A stretch of 64,000 nt of DNA, from IMG/VR virus record IMGVR_UViG_3300006735_000014; one strand, written 5' to 3'. Positions within the stretch are counted from its first letter, which is position 1, and the number at the start of each line of letters is the position of its first letter. A program made the position numbers and the translations under genes. Below the pieces are notes generated by a model. The model worked only from the letters and a program-made list of their open reading frames with translations, did no database searches and was not told the DNA's origin. This stretch comes from an uncultured virus (IMG/VR IMGVR_UViG_3300006735_000014) (Duplodnaviria; Heunggongvirae; Uroviricota; Caudoviricetes). This document shows, one piece after another, positions 30,087-40,000 of the stretch.

Positions 30087-31670
30087 CTATAAAAGCCAGG
30101 TTAAATCGTCGTTGTCTTTATCTCCACTCTTCCAATCCCATCCTGAACCTTTTAAGTCTGTTTTTGTTGAATATACTCCTTCTGATGTCTTTCCTATACC
30201 GCCTAATGATTTTCTATTTAAATCCATACCTTGTTGATGAAGTCTTAATGCTGTATCTCTCATCCATAATCCTGTTGCAAATGACATTACTAAATCATCA
30301 TTATAGCCCCTTGCAGCTTCTGCTCTATGCCCTAACCAAATAAATGTAAATAATTCATCTACTAATCTTTTTGAATGAACCAATGGTGTTTTATCTCTAA
30401 AATATGTTTCTAATTTAGATATTACTAATGGACGAGTTCTTGATGTCATTGAAAATCCAGGAACTTTTTGTGATTTCTTTTTTAAATCATATCCTTTCTT
30501 CAAGTGTATTTCCTCATCTAAGTATCCATCTTGTTTATAAGAATAGTATAGATTTTGGTATCCTTTGTCTAATGCTACCTGAATGGATGCCCATCCTATA
30601 TTTGCATTTTCAATAACTAGTAATGCATTATTATATTCTGTTGCAACTGATATTAACATATTACCATATTCGGTAGTTCCTATTTTACCTCTATATTCTG
30701 CAACTTGTTTACATTGTTCTGTATCAAATACATGGAATGCAGAGTAATCAGTTGAATCTCCTCTTGCAACGTCAGCTACAACCATATATGATTTTGAATA
30801 ATTTGGATATTCCCATATCCAATAATTTCCATCCATTCCTCGCTTTTCAATTGGATCTTTAACATATGTTTCCTGATACCATTGTAGTATTTCTCCATCT
30901 ACTACTGTATGTCCAGATGATATAAAATCACAGTCACATTCTTGAGCGGCCATTTTCTCACCTAACAATTCTGTTTGTTTATCTCGCCAAGCTTGATCTC
31001 TATCTGGATGTACTGTCCAATGTAATGATATATTATTAAATTCTCCGCCTGCAGTTGCTTCTACCCATTGTTTATGAAACCAATTACCAACTCCATTAGG
31101 TGTAGATAATGCAATACAATCTCCACCAGTTGCTAATGTTTGTTGAGCGGCTGTCCATATATCATCAATTTTATCAATAAATGCTGCTTCATCAAATATC
31201 AATAATGATAATGCTTCAGATCTACCTGCATCACCTTTTGATGATATGGCCTTTATTTGCGACCCATTACTTAATCTTAATGAAAGTTTATTATCTTCAG
31301 CAACTGCCCCCTTTAACCATTTAGGTAAGTTTTCATGCATTACTCTAACCTTTGTTACAAGGTTCTTTGCAACATCTTGTTTAGTTGCAATTACTAGACA
31401 GTTAAAATCTGCCTTAAATAACATTTTCCATAATGCATATCCGGCTGTTAAAGTTGAAATTCCTAACTGTCTAGACTTAAGAATAATATTATATCTATTT
31501 TGAGATATCTGTGTTAATGATTCTTCTTGGAATGGATACAGATTAAAATATATTTTTCCTTGAGTAGGATGTTGAATTATACAGTATTTACGCATAAAGT
31601 GTATAGGATCTTGTACACACTTCTTATATTCATCGCGTATGATTTCTTTTAATGTTTTCTTTACTGACAT
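30087..31670 (-). CDS. gp17: Terminase large subunit (T4 gp17 family)
   Basis: KSRQLGIST Walker A; LLIFDEAAF Walker B; LSTPNG; nuclease motifs ADVARG.STDYS and DDLVMS. Confidence 0.95.
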   Translation of the reverse strand: MSVKKTLKEIIRDEYKKCVQDPIHFMRKYCIIQHPTQGKIYFNLYPFQEESLTQISQNRYNIILKSRQLGISTLTAGYALWKMLFKADFNCLVIATKQDVAKNLVTKVRVMHENLPKWLKGAVAEDNKLSLRLSNGSQIKAISSKGDAGRSEALSLLIFDEAAFIDKIDDIWTAAQQTLATGGDCIALSTPNGVGNWFHKQWVEATAGGEFNNISLHWTVHPDRDQAWRDKQTELLGEKMAAQECDCDFISSGHTVVDGEILQWYQETYVKDPIEKRGMDGNYWIWEYPNYSKSYMVVADVARGDSTDYSAFHVFDTEQCKQVAEYRGKIGTTEYGNMLISVATEYNNALLVIENANIGWASIQVALDKGYQNLYYSYKQDGYLDEEIHLKKGYDLKKKSQKVPGFSMTSRTRPLVISKLETYFRDKTPLVHSKRLVDELFTFIWLGHRAEAARGYNDDLVMSFATGLWMRDTALRLHQQGMDLNRKSLGGIGKTSEGVYSTKTDLKGSGWDWKSGDKDNDDLTWLL

Positions 31671-31676
31671 AGTATT

Positions 31677-31708
31677 TTAATATAATAAATTATCTACAGA
31701 AAAACAAG
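31677..31708 (-). promoter_or_regulatory. Bacteroidota-like -33/-7 promoter upstream of terminase
   Basis: CTTG-N20-TATATTAA ending 6 nt before the ATG. Confidence 0.45.
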
Positions 31709-31719
31709 AAAAAGAATGA

Positions 31720-32118
31720 TTATTTTTTCTTTGTCTTTTCAAGTGATCTACCACCAAAATAAGCACCAATTACTGTAATAAGTACTAATTGTAAAAGGTC
31801 CGTCCATTTATCTTCTACTACAAATTTAATTGTTCCTGCATCAATAAAAATTAATAATACTGTACATACTACTAAAAATATTAATACTAATGGTCTTACA
31901 TTTTTACTTAACCAAGAATCTGAATTCATATCAGCTGACCATCTGTCTGTGATATTCTTTTCCATTGCCGCCTCATGGTTGGCAATTAATTCTTTCATTT
32001 TTCTTTTTGCTTCTAATTTTTCTTCTTTCGAGGTTGTTAGATTATCAAGTACACCACCAACTGATTCTACTAGTTCTCCGGCTCCACCTGAAAATAATTT
32101 TCCTAATCCAAATCCCAT
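31720..32118 (-). CDS. Putative holin (3TM / GTA-type holin-like)
   Basis: DMNSDSWLSKNVRP followed by two hydrophobic helices, then AYFGGRSLEK. Confidence 0.75.
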   Translation of the reverse strand: MGFGLGKLFSGGAGELVESVGGVLDNLTTSKEEKLEAKRKMKELIANHEAAMEKNITDRWSADMNSDSWLSKNVRPLVLIFLVVCTVLLIFIDAGTIKFVVEDKWTDLLQLVLITVIGAYFGGRSLEKTKKK

Positions 32119-32122
32119 AATG

Positions 32123-32770
32123 TTATTCTCCTTTTAATTCTGATAATATTTGTTCTTTATATTCTTTATATTTTTGCAATACAGTTTCTTTAAATTTTTC
32201 TTTACTCATTGCAGCATCAAACGTTTCAATATCTCCATCAGCATTTTGTACTTGTCGAATAGCTTCTGTCATCATCTTTTCTAATCCTTTAACATCTTCA
32301 TCAGCATCTTTAAAGAACGATTCAGCATTTTTTAACATTCTATCACGTTTGTAATTTTCCCATGCATCTTTATCATTCCTCAGGTTAGTTTCAAATTTAA
32401 CAACACAATCAAAACATTGTTTATGTGTTATCCAAAACTTTTCATTTAATCGTTTTTCTGATGTATGAGTATTCTTTCCACAGCTTGGACAAGTATCTGG
32501 CATTTGAAATTGTTTTTGTACTTGTCTTACTAAATAACCATTTTCGGATTCACGTGATTTAAATCCATTATTTTGAGTAACTCGAGTTCTATTTCCATTT
32601 GGATCTGTTTCAATCCAAATCTTAGGTTTTCCGTCTTCAAATTGTTCAATAACATCTTCCTTTTTTATTTCAGATTTTGTATTTCCAAAATAATGAGACT
32701 TTCTTGTTTGTGATTTATGCGTTCCAGATAACATATCTTGGATCGCCTTCACGTTCTTTAACTTACTCAT
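32123..32770 (-). CDS. Hypothetical protein with CxxC...CxxC zinc-binding motif
   Basis: CPSCG and CFDC motifs. Confidence 0.7.
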   Translation of the reverse strand: MSKLKNVKAIQDMLSGTHKSQTRKSHYFGNTKSEIKKEDVIEQFEDGKPKIWIETDPNGNRTRVTQNNGFKSRESENGYLVRQVQKQFQMPDTCPSCGKNTHTSEKRLNEKFWITHKQCFDCVVKFETNLRNDKDAWENYKRDRMLKNAESFFKDADEDVKGLEKMMTEAIRQVQNADGDIETFDAAMSKEKFKETVLQKYKEYKEQILSELKGE

Positions 32771-32787
32771 ATAACCTTTTTTTTTAA

Positions 32788-33099
32788 TTAAACTTCTTGA
32801 TCCCTACCAGATCTTTTTGCAGCTGCTTTCATCTTTACCAATTGACTTCTTAGTTGAGCCACTTTATTAATTGGTAAACCTACTTCATCTGCAAATCTTG
32901 CAATGGCTTGAGCTTTTTCAATATCTGTTTTCAACATATTTAAAAATCTAGATAATCCTTTTCTTTCTAAATATTGAAAAATTCTAGACACTTTTTGTCT
33001 TTCAGATCCACCTAAACCAGAACCATACTTTGATGGAGCTTCTTTAAGTGTTCTACGAATTTCAGTTCTTATTGCTTTTCTTAAATTTTCTTCGTTCAT
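32788..33099 (-). CDS. Hypothetical basic protein (103 aa)
   Basis: Own ATATTTATA motif upstream; N-terminal LRKAIRTEIRRTLKE leader. Confidence 0.7.
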   Translation of the reverse strand: MNEENLRKAIRTEIRRTLKEAPSKYGSGLGGSERQKVSRIFQYLERKGLSRFLNMLKTDIEKAQAIARFADEVGLPINKVAQLRSQLVKMKAAAKRSGRDQEV

Positions 33100-33128
33100 G
33101 GTTATTCCCTATTTTTTATATAAATATG

Positions 33129-35588
33129 CTACTTATCGCCAAGTCCGCCTATTCCTAACAATTGATTGATAGGAGCAAATAAACCTGTTAATTTATATGT
33201 TTTTCCTTTATATACAAATACTATACCCTCTGTTGGCACTAATTTTTCAAATCCACCTAAATCTTCAATACGTTTTAATTCAAACTTTAATTTGTCAAGT
33301 GACGCTAAATCCTTAGATTTCTGTATGACTTTGATTTTTGCAGCTATCCGCCTTTTCATATCCTTTATTGCATCTGTAGGAACAATTGATAAATAATCTG
33401 ATATATTATGTAGTATTTCAACTCCTAATTCTAAAAAGATTTTTTCAAAATTATATACATTTTGTTTGTTTTGTTGTTTAAAATTTTGTTTATCAAATTC
33501 TTTAGCTTTTTGTAATATTTCTGGATCAGGTATATTTTTTGAATTCATTCTAAATGATTTATCAAAATATGCCCATCTTTTTAATAATCCTAATTTTATA
33601 TCATCTGTTGCATTAGGTATTATTTGATTTATTCTTACTTCCCACCATTTTTGATGCCACATTATTAATTCATCTGAATCCTTTAATTTGAATTGAGATT
33701 GTAAGGATGTTACTTGATCTATAAAATATTTTTCCTTTTCTTCAAAATCAGGTAATTGTTTTGTAGTTAGAATTTTAGGTGGAATTATTTCAAATCGCTT
33801 TTGTATATTTGCATTAACATTGGCTATTGTTTTTTGTAATAATGGTGCATATTCAGGATATGAATCAACTTTAACTGCTAATTCTAAATCATATTCATCT
33901 ACTCCATGAAATTGTATATATGCCTTTGGTCCATACATTATAACATTTTGAGTTCCTGGGTATATAATTTCCATGTTTAAAAATCTTGAACCGTTTTGAA
34001 ATATTTCAAATAATTTATCTTTTGGTACTCTTAATAATGCGCGTTCTAAATCTTCCATTGCAAATGTAAAAGCTTTTTCTATTTCACCTCTACCTGCAAA
34101 TTTCATTCTAACAGCATCAATATCCATTGGATTCTTAATTGTAGTTTTGTTTCTTGCTGCTCCAAGTTTACCATCTTTAAAAGTAACTAATAAATTTTGT
34201 CCGTCTGTTTTTTCTTGAACTCCAGATTCAATATTTAATTTACCTTCTAATGATAATCGTATCATTTGTTTCATATCCGCAAATGTAATATCTCTATCAT
34301 CAAATGGATGATTCATGTGTCCGGCTGCTCCACCCTCTGTTAATAACTGTAATGCAATTGATTCTCCTAATGATTTAGGTTTTGGTTCTTGTGGCATAAT
34401 TCTAAATCTTGCTGCAGACCTACCATTAATTAATAAGTCTCCTTTATCATTAAAATTAATTGTTTTCACTACTACCTTTTTATTTTTAAATCTACCCATC
34501 ATAATTGTATCGCCGATATTGATTGGTAAATTAATATCTTCTTTTAATGTAGTTGGCACTAATATCTCTCCTTTACTTGATTCAATAGAATCTTCTGCTC
34601 CTAAAAAATCTAAAAATTTATATCCTACAGATTGAGCAATATTTGAAATATAACTCTTCCATTTTGAATACCCAGGCCTTCCTTTGTAATCTTTAATATA
34701 ATCTGTACCAGAAAACTCTCCTCCCTTGACACCTGTTGGAAAGTATGATACTGTCAATGGTGGTCCATCTGGAAAATTTGTATTATGAACTTCAATAGGA
34801 TTATCCTTTACAATATAATTTATAACTTCATATCCTAAACGTTTTGCCATGGCATCTGTTTTCTTTCTATATGTATTCTGATTTCCATAAAAGTATCTTG
34901 GTCCATCATCTACATCAGCTTTACCTTGGCCTGTAACATTACTTCCTTCTTTAACTATAAATGATTCCATTATTGCAGAAAACTTTTTTCTTAATAACTG
35001 ATATATTTTTGGATCATACCAGCCCATTATATTTTTAAATGTTTTCATGTCTGCGGTTGCCAATGCGGCTCTAATTGTTGTACCTGACATTTCACCAAAT
35101 CCTGGTACTTTTAACTCTATATGCGGTGATATAACAACGTATCCATGTTTATCATATCCTTTTAGATTTGATTTAGACTTTGCAAAATCCTGGAAATAAC
35201 CAGGTGAACCATCTTTTTTTGTATATCTTAATCTTCCTGCATCTTTTTTTCCATATACAAATACCACTGCAGTAGTTTCAGGATTATATTTTTTTAATAT
35301 ATTTTCTGGAGCATAAACATTTTTTTCTTGAGAAACATTTGTTATTCCATGTTTTCTAATTACCTGAACCTTTTCTCGAAAGTTTAATGGAGATTTTGGC
35401 AATGCAACTTTATCTGATGTTGCAATATATGTATTTTGTTTTCCAAATTGTTTTGCTAACCAGTCATATACTTTTGCATGATGTTGACCCATTGGTTGAA
35501 ATCTACCTGGATATATTGCCACTACGGTTTTAATCGGAGAATCCATTTCCGTTAATAAATTGTCTACTATTTGTTCACCTAAATTCAT
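33129..35588 (-). CDS. Multidomain protein: N-terminal HIGH-superfamily (cytidylyltransferase-like) domain and C-terminal ATP-dependent ligase/nucleotidyltransferase-like domain
   Basis: IYPGRFQPMGQHH...MSGTTIR; later EKTDGQN (KxDG motif I), NMEII, EGIVF (motif IV), YKLTG (motif V). Confidence 0.7.
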   Translation of the reverse strand: MNLGEQIVDNLLTEMDSPIKTVVAIYPGRFQPMGQHHAKVYDWLAKQFGKQNTYIATSDKVALPKSPLNFREKVQVIRKHGITNVSQEKNVYAPENILKKYNPETTAVVFVYGKKDAGRLRYTKKDGSPGYFQDFAKSKSNLKGYDKHGYVVISPHIELKVPGFGEMSGTTIRAALATADMKTFKNIMGWYDPKIYQLLRKKFSAIMESFIVKEGSNVTGQGKADVDDGPRYFYGNQNTYRKKTDAMAKRLGYEVINYIVKDNPIEVHNTNFPDGPPLTVSYFPTGVKGGEFSGTDYIKDYKGRPGYSKWKSYISNIAQSVGYKFLDFLGAEDSIESSKGEILVPTTLKEDINLPINIGDTIMMGRFKNKKVVVKTINFNDKGDLLINGRSAARFRIMPQEPKPKSLGESIALQLLTEGGAAGHMNHPFDDRDITFADMKQMIRLSLEGKLNIESGVQEKTDGQNLLVTFKDGKLGAARNKTTIKNPMDIDAVRMKFAGRGEIEKAFTFAMEDLERALLRVPKDKLFEIFQNGSRFLNMEIIYPGTQNVIMYGPKAYIQFHGVDEYDLELAVKVDSYPEYAPLLQKTIANVNANIQKRFEIIPPKILTTKQLPDFEEKEKYFIDQVTSLQSQFKLKDSDELIMWHQKWWEVRINQIIPNATDDIKLGLLKRWAYFDKSFRMNSKNIPDPEILQKAKEFDKQNFKQQNKQNVYNFEKIFLELGVEILHNISDYLSIVPTDAIKDMKRRIAAKIKVIQKSKDLASLDKLKFELKRIEDLGGFEKLVPTEGIVFVYKGKTYKLTGLFAPINQLLGIGGLGDK

Positions 35589-35606
35589 TTTATATAAATA
35601 TATAGA

Positions 35607-36998
35607 TTATGCGTTCTCTAATGATATTATTCTAGTTTTCAAGTCTTCTATAATATCTTGTTGTTCTTTTATGGCCTCTGATAATATTGGGATCAAAGCA
35701 GAATAATTTATACTCTGTTTATTAGATATTATCGGATTTCCCATTTCTTCTGGTAATGCATTTCCATGTTGATCATGAGAACTTGTAAGATTACCGACCC
35801 ACCAAGTTGTACCATCTTCTAAAAGACTTCCAGATTTATACAGTTTTACTTCTGTTGCTGTATTTACCACTCCTGGTAGTATAGGTTCTACTTCATCTGC
35901 TATATATCCATAACTTGCACTAACAGGTTTATTATATTTTATCCAATCAAATGAAACTGCTTTTAATTGTTTTACAATAGATATTGCATCCATCGCAGAA
36001 CCAGTTAAATATTTTATATTTGTTTTTAGTCTTCTATCAGAAGAACTATATGAACCATGAATAGCAAAATCACCATCATTATCCATATTCCATCCTTCCC
36101 AGTCTGAACCATCATAATTTAACCATCTAGATTTTTGAGTATCTGTATTATAACCATAAATAGCATATTGAGTGCTAATAGCATCTTCATCATATATTTT
36201 CCACCAAGCAGTATGTTCAGCTCTTACTTCAGTAGCTGCATAAGTTTCGTTACCAGGTAATCCACCTGAGTCATCAGTTGTTTCAATTAATATCTTTGTT
36301 GCTCCAGTATCTTGGAAACCATCTGTTCCACCAGCGCCTGTACTTATATACAATTTACCTTTAATTGCTAGATCTCCATCAGCTGACATTTGGCCAACCA
36401 TTGTATCTCCATTTTCATATTGTCCTATTGTTACACTGCCATCATAATGATTCCACTTACCATCTCTTCGAATTACTCTAACAGTATTATCTGTATTAGT
36501 ATCATCATCCCAATCTTGTAATTGAAGAGATTTAATCTCTCGCAATTCACAATCATTAAAATCGATATTATCATGAACACCAGCTGTACCAATAATATTA
36601 TCTACTCTTAATGTATTATGAATCATTACGTCTTCATTTGAAGTATCAATAGTTAAAGCTAAGGTTGATCCTATATTAGAACTGTTTCCAATTGAAAATC
36701 TATTGGATTGGTCATTATCAGATCCTACTGACCAATATGCACTATCTGTTCTAAAACAAATTCCTGCGTCACCTGCTCCTGTGTTCCAACAAAATATAGT
36801 AGGTCCGTATTGAGTAGTACCGTTATTTGATTTAACCGTAAGTTGTGCATTACTGGTGCCTTCTATATCTTCTATATGAACTTGGTTATGAAAATAATTC
36901 ACATCTCCTACATTATCGGAAGATTCTAGTAACACAGGTGATCCTGCCGAGGCGGCGAATTTATATCTGTGTCCTGCTGTCATTGTTACTGTTGCCAT
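35607..36998 (-). CDS. Tail fibre/spike protein with C-terminal intramolecular chaperone (peptidase S74)
   Basis: SSDRRLKTNI...YGYIADEV...INYSALIPILSEAIKEQQ followed by a coiled coil. Confidence 0.85.
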   Translation of the reverse strand: MATVTMTAGHRYKFAASAGSPVLLESSDNVGDVNYFHNQVHIEDIEGTSNAQLTVKSNNGTTQYGPTIFCWNTGAGDAGICFRTDSAYWSVGSDNDQSNRFSIGNSSNIGSTLALTIDTSNEDVMIHNTLRVDNIIGTAGVHDNIDFNDCELREIKSLQLQDWDDDTNTDNTVRVIRRDGKWNHYDGSVTIGQYENGDTMVGQMSADGDLAIKGKLYISTGAGGTDGFQDTGATKILIETTDDSGGLPGNETYAATEVRAEHTAWWKIYDEDAISTQYAIYGYNTDTQKSRWLNYDGSDWEGWNMDNDGDFAIHGSYSSSDRRLKTNIKYLTGSAMDAISIVKQLKAVSFDWIKYNKPVSASYGYIADEVEPILPGVVNTATEVKLYKSGSLLEDGTTWWVGNLTSSHDQHGNALPEEMGNPIISNKQSINYSALIPILSEAIKEQQDIIEDLKTRIISLENA

Positions 36999-37012
36999 TT
37001 TATTCTCCTATT

Positions 37013-40000
37013 CTAATCTCGTAAAGCGTTCATTTGTTGCATTGATGTACTAATACCATCATCAAATCCAGTTATAGCTACTATAACATCTATTAATATT
37101 TGCGATTCAACTTCGGTGCCATCATCAACTAAATCAAATCCTTTTATTAATCCTGGGTCATGATCTAAAATCATATGCATAACTCTATCTCCTCCTTGTG
37201 ATCCATCAAATACTAAATTAACTCCACCTGTAACAGCCCTTGTATAATCAGACACGTTACCATTTGTCACTGTCACAACTTTGGTTGCAAAATTGGTTGC
37301 TACTGCAGAACCTGATAACAACATGCTTGATGCAGTTATTTGTCCATTTGCTTTCAAGAATGTTTGTCCTCCATCTCCTGAATTACTTGTAAGTTGTGTG
37401 CTATCAAATTGCCATCCTGCTATTTGATTGTCATCTGAACCTGCTGTTTCTCCTAGATGGAATATTGTCCCGCCGGCTCCATTACTTGTTTTTCCTTCAA
37501 TACCCCATGTATCAACATCATGGTCTTGATACATTCTAACATAGTTGGAAGTACCTACTCCCGTTCCATCAGATGAAATTCTAATTTCTGTTTGTCCTGA
37601 ATCTGCAGAACTTTGTCCCATCCATATCATTCCGCCTGCAGAGTCATACTTTATATAATTATTTGCAATCAACCAACCACCTATTTCACCTGCTGATGAT
37701 GTGATAGCTCCACCTTTATCAACTTTGAAATTACCAGTATCTATTATATAATGGCCTGCAGAATTAATAGTTAAGTTTGTTGCGGCCAAATCAAATGTTT
37801 CTGCTTTCATTGTTAATGCAGTTCCATCTTTCTTAAGATAATTATTTGCATCTCCATATGCAAGGAAGTCACCAGTACCATCCATGTATATACCAGCATT
37901 TGTTCCTGCCACAGATGTGTTTGGAGTTGAACCTAATGCAATCTTACCTGAATTGGTTCCACTATCTAATATCATAGTTGATGTTGCAAGATCAAATGTA
38001 TTAGCTTTAATTTCAACTGATGTACCAGATGCATCAAATTTTACAAAGTTAGTTGAATTACCATATGCAAGGAAACTACCATCTCCGTCCATATAAATAC
38101 CTTTATTGGTTCCGGCTACAGATGCATTTGGTGTAACACCTAATGTTAAAATACCACTACCACTCAAGATGGCATTACCACCTTTTATTTTATCAGTTGA
38201 TATTGTCCAACCACCTACAGTTCCATCATGAATAGATGGTTCTTTGTATGCATATACTCGATCAACAATTAATGGATCTCCAGCTGCTATATCAGTCCAA
38301 TTTAAAACAATTAATGAAGCCCATTTAGCTGTGCTAGTTGGTCTATATATAAATTCATAATCTGTAAATGAAGTTGCAACAGGTCCATTTTCAACACTTG
38401 TTCCAGCTATTCTTTCAAATTGGAATGAACCACTTGAATTTTGAGTTCCTTGCGTCACTTGCCTTGTAGCTTCTTGTACGCCAGCTTCTGAGTTACTAGC
38501 ATTATAAGATACATGAGTATCTCCAGAATCTAACTCAGAATCATATTCTTGCATTCTAATATAAAGTCCGGATGAATCAACTACTTCTCCTCGAAGCCTT
38601 ACTTGTACTCGATATTCAGATCCAACTGATACATGAAAGGCTGGCCAGCCAGCGCCAATATGGGCATCACTATCATTAACAATTACTAGTTGTTGACTTG
38701 CTGCTAAACTTCCAGAAAAACTAATATTGGTTGCGGTTGCACCACCATACACGGCTTTTACTCCGGCTGGTCTTCCATCAGGCGCAGCTAATTCAAAATT
38801 AGGATTATAAATTAAAGAACTTCCTTGAGTGGTTGAACCTGTCTGATTCAATGTATTGGCTTCTGTTAAATCTGAAGTTCCGATAGTTACTGTTCCAGCA
38901 AATCCCGCATTACCTGTTGCTGTATCAACATAGAATTGTTTTGTATGAATTCCATCTGCACCAATGGTTATATCTGCATTGTTTGCGGCAAATCCAGAAG
39001 TGTCTTTTGTTCCAGAATATATTGCATCTTCTTCAATTGTAAAGCCTGCTATTAATCCACCAGATGCTGATATTCCTCCTGATACAATTAAATCTGTTCC
39101 GTCAAATTCTAATGATGGATTTGTATCTCCACCCATTTTAAATGTGCCATCATTAAGATTAAACTCAGATCCTACTTGGCCACCATCGGTCCAATTATTA
39201 GATTGCACTTTACCAGTTTTAACCATATCACCAGTTATTTTGGTAATACCTTGTTGATATGATTCTTGGTCTAAATCTTTCTTAAGTAGGAAGTCTAAAC
39301 AACGTTCCAATGGTGTTTCTTTAATATAATTATATCTTGTAGTTGATATAATTATTCTACCTCCTCTTGGATTAGTACCATAAAATGCTAAATAGGCTGC
39401 AGTTGTATTTGTAGCTATATTACCAGTATCTGATATTGTAGGTATCGAACCAGATATTGCAATTGGTGCATATGTAGAACCTCCTCCATCTGAATAAACT
39501 GTTATTGGAATATTACCTGTATCAGCAGGAGCCGAATCTGACCATACCGACCAACCTTGACCGATTGGATCTGTTTCTTGCAATCCAGATCCTGTTGCTA
39601 TATGACCGTTTTCATATGGATTTGATGCAACACCACTAGTATGCTGTTTAATAGGATAATCAGTACCACCTGATCCGGTTACATCTGCACCTGCCATATT
39701 ATTCGCTTGTACAAATACAGACTGTCCTTCATCAAATAGATTCATAACCATCTGTTCTTTTTCTACATTCCATACTTCACCTGAAAATACATATAAATCA
39801 TATCCTTGATCGTAACCTAAAATATCCGAAGGCGTAGTTGAACCTGTAGTTGTATTTTCAAAGTAATTTGTATATCCTAATGAACTTGAAATAACTCTAC
39901 TACCTGGTGTAGGATCTGCTGAAGCTGATTCTATTAATGCAATTCTATAATCTGCCTTTGTTTTATTTGGCATATAAAATGATTCAGAATTTTGTACTTG

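Noticed and set aside
28172..31670. Introns or inteins in terminase or portal
   Set aside because: Lengths are normal, motifs are contiguous, and no intein or homing-endonuclease signatures were seen
32123..32770. Small terminase assignment for the zinc-motif gene upstream of terL
   Set aside because: Only position supports it; no gp16-like features recognised
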